A DNA stretch of 64,000 bases, taken from the IMG/VR virus record IMGVR_UViG_3300037424_001651, positions 1 through 64,000 of that record; one strand, 5' to 3'. The notes under the pieces were generated by a model. It had not been told where the DNA came from. It was given only the letters and a program-made list of their open reading frames with translations, and did no database searches. This DNA is from a virus. Its lineage: Duplodnaviria; Caudoviricetes. Below, piece after piece: positions 61,597 through 64,000 of this stretch. Each line of letters opens with the position of its first letter. Within the stretch, counting starts at the first letter, position 1. The position numbers and the translations under genes were made by a program.

Positions 61597-61923
61597 ATGT
61601 CAACGGCGGCGAACGGCAAGCGTAAGGCGTATCAAGTCGCTGCGAAGGTCGATGCAGACCTCAAACGACGCATCGATGAATTCGCGGTTCAGTATGGCAT
61701 GGAGCCGAGTGAGGCTATCCGGACGTTGTTATCTTTCGCTGTAATGCAGAATGAGGATCCCAAGACACGGATCATGTACGCGCTGTACAATAACTTGAAT
61801 GTACGCTGTTACCGACTGCTTCAGGAGGGGCTGAAGGCCGGGATGGGTAATATCAATAAGTGGCTCATCGATAGCATTGGCAAGGCGATGAACGAAGAGA
61901 AGATGAACATTCCGAATGTGTAG
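61597..61923 (+). CDS. CopG/RHH-like DNA-binding protein
   Basis: VAAKVDADLKRRIDEFA...SEAIRTLL. Confidence 0.65.
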   Translation: MSTAANGKRKAYQVAAKVDADLKRRIDEFAVQYGMEPSEAIRTLLSFAVMQNEDPKTRIMYALYNNLNVRCYRLLQEGLKAGMGNINKWLIDSIGKAMNEEKMNIPNV

Positions 61924-61934
61924 GAGGGAGCGCG

Positions 61935-62138
61935 GTGGCACAGGTTGCGAGATTGCAAGCGGTTGATGCTGATACAGGTAAGTCGAAGTACACCATGGAG
62001 ATCACCGAGGCTCGCGCAAGTGAGGCAGTGGTGTGGGCTGGCAAGTTCGGGTACGAGGTCGTGGATTTTCACGTGACCTTCCACGAGCCTGACACTCACA
62101 ACATCATTGTGTACGTGCGCAAGAAAAAGAAGAAGTAG
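61935..62138 (+). CDS. hypothetical protein
   Basis: SD GGAGG. Confidence 0.55.
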   Translation: MAQVARLQAVDADTGKSKYTMEITEARASEAVVWAGKFGYEVVDFHVTFHEPDTHNIIVYVRKKKKK

Positions 62139-62147
62139 GCGGCTATC

Positions 62148-63242
62148 GTGACTGCGTTTATCTATGCCAAGAATATTGCCGAAGCCATCGAGTGGGCGAA
62201 GGCGGCACAGATCAACGCATCTTCGGAAGCCAAGATTCGCGCGTTCTACAGCCAGAACAAAGCCATCGTCGATCCTTACTTGGGTGCGCTGACACCGCTG
62301 GGTGCTTGTTCTGGTATGGCCCATGAATCAAATTTCAGCGCGACGCATACCAGTGATCCAGTCATCATGGAAAGTGGTCTTTGGTCGCTTACGCCTGGTG
62401 TAGCTATCAGGTACGACATTGACCCATTCGACATGGAATCTGCAATTTGGGCTGGGTGCCGCATGCGCAATGAGCGCATCCGCACAATCCTCAAGCTTTA
62501 TCCGTGGCTCGTAAATTCAGATAAATATGATTATGCGAAGCTGACACAGAAGTTGCCGGGTAGCTTTGGCATGGGTGGTTTCGAGCAGGTCATGAGCCTC
62601 ATGGGCTATACCGCGAAAGCTCCGGCGAACGCGTGGGTGCAGCGCTTCCCGTATCGCGCCATGCGCAACTGGTTTCTCAATTCCGCGAACTGGTCGCGCA
62701 TCCCGAAGATCGGGCGGATGTCTCCTCAGATCGTCGCAGGACGTGTGGTACGCAGCTCGGCTGTCGATTTCATGGAACGTGTTGGTGAGATCGACAAAAT
62801 CCAGCGGGGTTATTACAAGATCATCGGCCGTCCTGAATACTTGCCGCCTTTCAACTCCAGTCGTTTCATCACAATCTGGACACCGAAGATTCGCGCTTAC
62901 TTCAACGATGTGATGGCTGCACCTCCCCAAGATCGTGAGAATTACACACTGTACAAGCGCTACGGTGCAAGTGGGCTAGCTGCAATGGCCTCCGGGGATC
63001 CGCACGCGTGGGCGGAAGTCTTTAAGGGTCAGCGCGCTTCTAATTTGTATCGGACTATCGAAGACGTCATCAACTATTTTGGGCATCCTGGTACAGCACT
63101 TGGGTTCATTTCGCTTGTGGGGCTGCTCGCACTTGGTGGCAGCCTTGGCGTGCTCGGCTACTACAGCTATCGTGATCGGCGCAGGTTCGGCGCAGGCTGG
63201 CAACAGCTTCGTGCACGTTTCCAGGATCGGGCGGGGGTGTGA
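62148..63242 (+). CDS. lytic-transglycosylase-like protein with C-terminal TM; paralog of 26271
   Basis: MAHES.F...SD....ESGLWSL.P..A....DPFD...AIWAG. Confidence 0.62.
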   Translation: MTAFIYAKNIAEAIEWAKAAQINASSEAKIRAFYSQNKAIVDPYLGALTPLGACSGMAHESNFSATHTSDPVIMESGLWSLTPGVAIRYDIDPFDMESAIWAGCRMRNERIRTILKLYPWLVNSDKYDYAKLTQKLPGSFGMGGFEQVMSLMGYTAKAPANAWVQRFPYRAMRNWFLNSANWSRIPKIGRMSPQIVAGRVVRSSAVDFMERVGEIDKIQRGYYKIIGRPEYLPPFNSSRFITIWTPKIRAYFNDVMAAPPQDRENYTLYKRYGASGLAAMASGDPHAWAEVFKGQRASNLYRTIEDVINYFGHPGTALGFISLVGLLALGGSLGVLGYYSYRDRRRFGAGWQQLRARFQDRAGV

Positions 63243-63243
63243 A

Positions 63244-63582
63244 ATGGTACGCGTTTTCCTAGAAGTTGCGCGAACGCCGAAAGAGCAGCGGCAAGGGCTG
63301 ATGCACCGGCGACAGCTTGTTCCTGATAGAGGAATGCTATTCGTATATGATGAGCCGCGCGAGCGTTGCCTCTGGATGAAAAATACACACATCCCGCTCG
63401 ACATGATCTTCTTGGACCATAAGCACGTCGTTGTTGACGTGATCGAGAACGCTGCGCCGCGCACGACACGGAGACGCTGCTCTGCGGCCCCTGCACAGTA
63501 CGTGATCGAGGTCGTGGGCGGCTTCGCACGCAAGCACGGGATTCGGCCAGGATCACGGGTCGAGTTCGAGGGGTTGACATGA
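63244..63582 (+). CDS. DUF192 family protein
   Basis: LEVART...GLM.R..L....GMLF..WMKNT.IPLDMIF. Confidence 0.92.
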   Translation: MVRVFLEVARTPKEQRQGLMHRRQLVPDRGMLFVYDEPRERCLWMKNTHIPLDMIFLDHKHVVVDVIENAAPRTTRRRCSAAPAQYVIEVVGGFARKHGIRPGSRVEFEGLT

Positions 63583-64000
63583 CACGTAAACTTCCAAAGC
63601 TTCCTGTGGTGCAGAAAGTAAAGGTGTATCACGTTGGTAAAGAGCCTTCAGCTAAACCCAAACGTAGACGTTTCTCGCTTGAAGGTCCGGGTTTGTCTGT
63701 CTCCGAGCATCCACAAGAATGGAGCCGCATAGCGCGTCTTGGCGGTGTTGTTTGGGAGCTTCAGCGTGTGCGTGGAGATGGTGTATTCGTCGATGTGCAC
63801 GGCATCACAAAAAAGCAGAAAGCGACCATCCTCAACCGCGCTGTGGAAACAGGTTGGATCACGCCTGCAACCCTTTGGCGATTCACGTATTACGACGACG
63901 AGGCCGACGAGGAACGCTTCTTTACTTTCGCTACGCGTGAGGAGGCTGCGGACGAGTCGGAGGGCTGGGGTTATGCTGCTGAAGAGGGTGTAACAGAGAT
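63579..64000 (+). CDS. partial ORF running off the window; possible ART-fold protein
   Basis: Own translation: VYHVG...SLEGPGLSVSEHP.EW..IARLGG; absent from the ORF track. Confidence 0.5.
   Translation, partial: MTRKLPKLPVVQKVKVYHVGKEPSAKPKRRRFSLEGPGLSVSEHPQEWSRIARLGGVVWELQRVRGDGVFVDVHGITKKQKATILNRAVETGWITPATLWRFTYYDDEADEERFFTFATREEAADESEGWGYAAEEGVTE

Noticed and set aside
1-64000. Genome-wide TAG reassignment
   Set aside because: Conserved genes (RRM, ThyX, SLOG, HAD, TnpB) end at TAG where homologs are expected to end, and conserved enzymes have no internal TAGs.

Overview
GC-rich dsDNA virus (bacteriophage) genome segment, almost all genes on the + strand. No capsid, terminase, portal, tail or integrase is recognisable in the window. 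Layout: (1) about 1-22 kb, small hypothetical genes plus an RRM RNA-binding protein, a tRNA with CAT anticodon, a MORC/Hsp90-like GHKL ATPase, a tRNA-Gln + 4x tRNA-Arg cluster, a Tad1-like anti-Thoeris sponge, a metallophosphoesterase and RHH/HTH regulators. (2) about 22-45 kb, replication and nucleotide metabolism: split RecD2, truncated RlaP-like nucleotidyltransferase, secreted SLT-like enzyme, DUF3987, SNF2 helicase, Cas4-like nuclease, DEDDh exonuclease, Sak4-like ATPase, SSB, HAD nucleotidase, stand-alone NrdJ TSCPD domain, UDG-PolA fusion, ThyX, SLOG, IF-1, GP88-like protein, thioredoxin. (3) about 45-64 kb, membrane proteins followed by unrelated domains that share an N-terminal leader (M-x-FG-R/H-KW-x-NWG) and G-[F/L]-G linkers, an IS200/IS605 element (tnpA+tnpB), a nuclease, a methyltransferase, a second SLT-like enzyme and DUF192. 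Best novelty candidates: the leader/linker 'tagged cargo polyprotein' system, a 16-18 bp intergenic motif present 8 times, a multi-branched intergenic RNA at 35.2 kb, a tRNA-Arg(UCU) with a long variable arm, and an IS605 insertion exactly between an SD and its ATG. All family assignments come from motif recognition by eye; no searches were run.
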